Shown piece by piece: positions 24,328 to 26,214 of a stretch of 26,214 nt of DNA; the stretch's first letter is position 1, and each line of letters begins with the position of its first letter. The DNA lies in IMG/VR virus record IMGVR_UViG_3300047301_000010, positions 1-26,214 of that record; one strand, written 5' to 3'. A model generated the notes under the pieces. It did not search any database. It saw nothing but the letters and a program-made list of their open reading frames with translations, and was not told the DNA's origin. A program made the translations under genes and the position numbers. Source of the stretch: a virus (lineage: Duplodnaviria; Caudoviricetes).

Positions 24328-25694
24328 TCTTTTTTCCTTTTCATTGCGTTAAGTAGTGCTTCTTGAATAGATGCCTTGCCGTCTAGCACCTCTAGTATCC
24401 GTTCATCAATCGTATTCTCACCAACCAGATAGTGGAGGAATACGTTTCGGTTATAGCCACTCTGGAGTTGTCTTACCGTGCCGATACGTTCGATGATTTG
24501 GAGGTGATTCTCTAAGTTCCAGTCTAGGCTAAAGAACACCAGCGTATAGCCACCATGTTGAAGAGACAAACCATGTCCTGCCGACTGGGGATGGGCAAAC
24601 AATATTGGAATTTTACCATCGTTCCAATCTCTAATCGTCTGGGGGTTTTTGTCTAAAACTTTCCCTTGTTTAAAAGCAGACAGTAATCGCGCCAAGTCGC
24701 TCTTAAAGTGGTATGCCACCAGGATGGCCGCCCCCGCCGCCTCTTCAATAATGTCGTGTAGAGCTTGAATTTTCGCATCGTGAATTTCCTCCCAGTTACC
24801 TTGATCGTCGGTATAAACTGCGCCGTTGCTGACTTGGATAAGTTTCATTGACTTAGCTGCAGCATTGAATACTTCAATCTCTTCACCGGATGCTAACTCA
24901 GTAAAGAAGGCAGTTTCAATATCTTTATAATGCTTCATTGCTTTTGGTGGTAATGAGACTTTCATTATGTTCTTAATCGGTTTCTTTAGATCAAAATAAT
25001 CTTCAGATTTGATGGTCAAACAAATGTCCCGAAGTCTGTCCTCTATTTCAGCTTGTGCGCCGGTTACAGGCACTATGCCAAAGCCTGACCAGTCAGGTTT
25101 AAACCAACGGGAGGTGAACGACGAGAACGATTTACCTAGGCGTTGTCCACGGTCGAGGAAGTGCATCTGACCCCACAAGTCCTGGATACCTTTTGGCGCA
25201 CACGTTCCCGTAAGTTGGATAAACCGTTCGACCTTAGTATGTGCTACCCGGGATAATGCTTGTGCTCGCATACTACCTTGACGAGTGCGGTAACTTTTAA
25301 GTTTGGTTGATTCATCCGCGACAACAATCTTAAATGGCCAATCGTCACCGAGATAATTCACTAACCACGGCAACTGCTCGTAGTTCGTGGTAAATATATC
25401 GGCTTTACTACGGAGGAGTCGCTTCTTAGTATTAGCATCACCGTGGATATTAACGACCTTGAGGTGTCTCAGGGTCGCCCACTTCTGTATCTCGTCTGGC
25501 CATACCGACTGAGCTACCCGTAACGGCGCGATGATTAACGCTGGCGGCTCATCCCCCAGCATGAAGAGGGTATCTAAAGCCGTGAGGGTTGCCGCAGATT
25601 TTCCCATGCCCATGCCTGCCCATATTGCGCAACGCGGTGTCTGTACGATAAAGTCTATAATCTGCCGTTGATATGGCCTTGCTATGAAGTTCAC
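24324..25694 (-). CDS. SNF2-family phage helicase
   Basis: RPYQ Q-motif, GMGMGKS, VADES, LTGT, SAGHGLSLQ, QIIERI; GTGA overlap favours start at 25694. Confidence 0.92.
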   Translation of the reverse strand: MNFIARPYQRQIIDFIVQTPRCAIWAGMGMGKSAATLTALDTLFMLGDEPPALIIAPLRVAQSVWPDEIQKWATLRHLKVVNIHGDANTKKRLLRSKADIFTTNYEQLPWLVNYLGDDWPFKIVVADESTKLKSYRTRQGSMRAQALSRVAHTKVERFIQLTGTCAPKGIQDLWGQMHFLDRGQRLGKSFSSFTSRWFKPDWSGFGIVPVTGAQAEIEDRLRDICLTIKSEDYFDLKKPIKNIMKVSLPPKAMKHYKDIETAFFTELASGEEIEVFNAAAKSMKLIQVSNGAVYTDDQGNWEEIHDAKIQALHDIIEEAAGAAILVAYHFKSDLARLLSAFKQGKVLDKNPQTIRDWNDGKIPILFAHPQSAGHGLSLQHGGYTLVFFSLDWNLENHLQIIERIGTVRQLQSGYNRNVFLHYLVGENTIDERILEVLDGKASIQEALLNAMKRKKE

Positions 25695-25963
25695 GCCCAC
25701 TCCAATGCGCCATCGACGCTTTCAAATGAATCGCAGACATTAACCGCAAAGCCAAGATTACGGATACGAGTATGCTCTCTAAGCTGGCCTTCATTAGCCT
25801 TCTTACCGGGAGCCTTCAATTCGACGAAAATAATATGGCCGTCAGGTAGTAGGCATATTCTATCTGGCACATTACACCGTTGCGGACTGGTGAACTTAAA
25901 AGCAATTCCGTTGCGTAGTGCAACTTGTTGACATAGGTACTGCTCAATATCGGATTCACGCAT
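25691..25963 (-). CDS. VRR-NUC domain nuclease
   Basis: MRESDIE...VPDRI...FVELKAPG PD-(D/E)xK motif; between polymerase and SNF2. Confidence 0.9.
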   Translation of the reverse strand: MRESDIEQYLCQQVALRNGIAFKFTSPQRCNVPDRICLLPDGHIIFVELKAPGKKANEGQLREHTRIRNLGFAVNVCDSFESVDGALEWA

Positions 25964-25965
25964 GA

Positions 25966-26214
25966 TTAACCCTTGTAATATCGTTTAGTTTCAAATCCTG
26001 CGGCGGCTAACGGTAATCCTGTTGCCCACGGAGGAACGGTGGATAGTAGTTCTGATAACTGAGTTACGTTGTAATCAGGGGTGTCTGGGCATTCTGTGAT
26101 AACTTCATCATGGATAAGCATCTCAACGCGATAACTAAACGATTCGATTATCGGCAGGGTAAATGCTAGTACGTCACGTGCTAAACTCTGACAACAGTTA
26201 TGTACAATTACAGG
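25966..26214 (-). CDS. family A DNA polymerase, C-terminal fragment (5' truncated by the window), not in ORF track
   Basis: ...CCQSLARDVL...MLIHDEVITE...PPWATGLPLAAAGFETKRYYKG; motif C HDE. Confidence 0.9.
   Translation of the reverse strand, partial: PVIVHNCCQSLARDVLAFTLPIIESFSYRVEMLIHDEVITECPDTPDYNVTQLSELLSTVPPWATGLPLAAAGFETKRYYKG
26197..26214 (-). mobile_element. C-terminal end of an intein in the DNA polymerase
   Basis: PVIVHN followed by C: block G His-Asn plus +1 Cys, where GGKLxEN is expected before xxQxxARD. Confidence 0.7.

Overview
A 26 kb segment of a tailed dsDNA phage with podovirus-like (P22/T7-type) virion genes; the embedded Rz/Rz1 spanin pair indicates a Gram-negative host. 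The plus strand (652-22091) is the late region: terminase small and large subunits, portal, scaffold, major capsid, a sulfotransferase-like gene, three putative ejection proteins, tail adaptor and nozzle, a mini-fibre with intramolecular chaperone plus a gp38-like Gly-rich adhesin, a large LamG-type fibre and a lysis cassette. The minus strand (22083-26214) is the convergent end of an early/replication operon: the C-terminus of a family A DNA polymerase apparently carrying an intein end, VRR-NUC, SNF2 helicase, DUF3310, a pentapeptide-repeat protein and a chain of micro-ORFs. The most notable non-coding signals are a 12-bp palindromic operator-like motif recurring six times in intergenic positions, a perfect sigma-54 promoter consensus upstream of the terminase, and three candidate structured RNA elements. 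No integrase, repressor, tRNA, CRISPR array or reverse transcriptase was seen. All calls are by-eye motif and synteny recognition; no searches were run.
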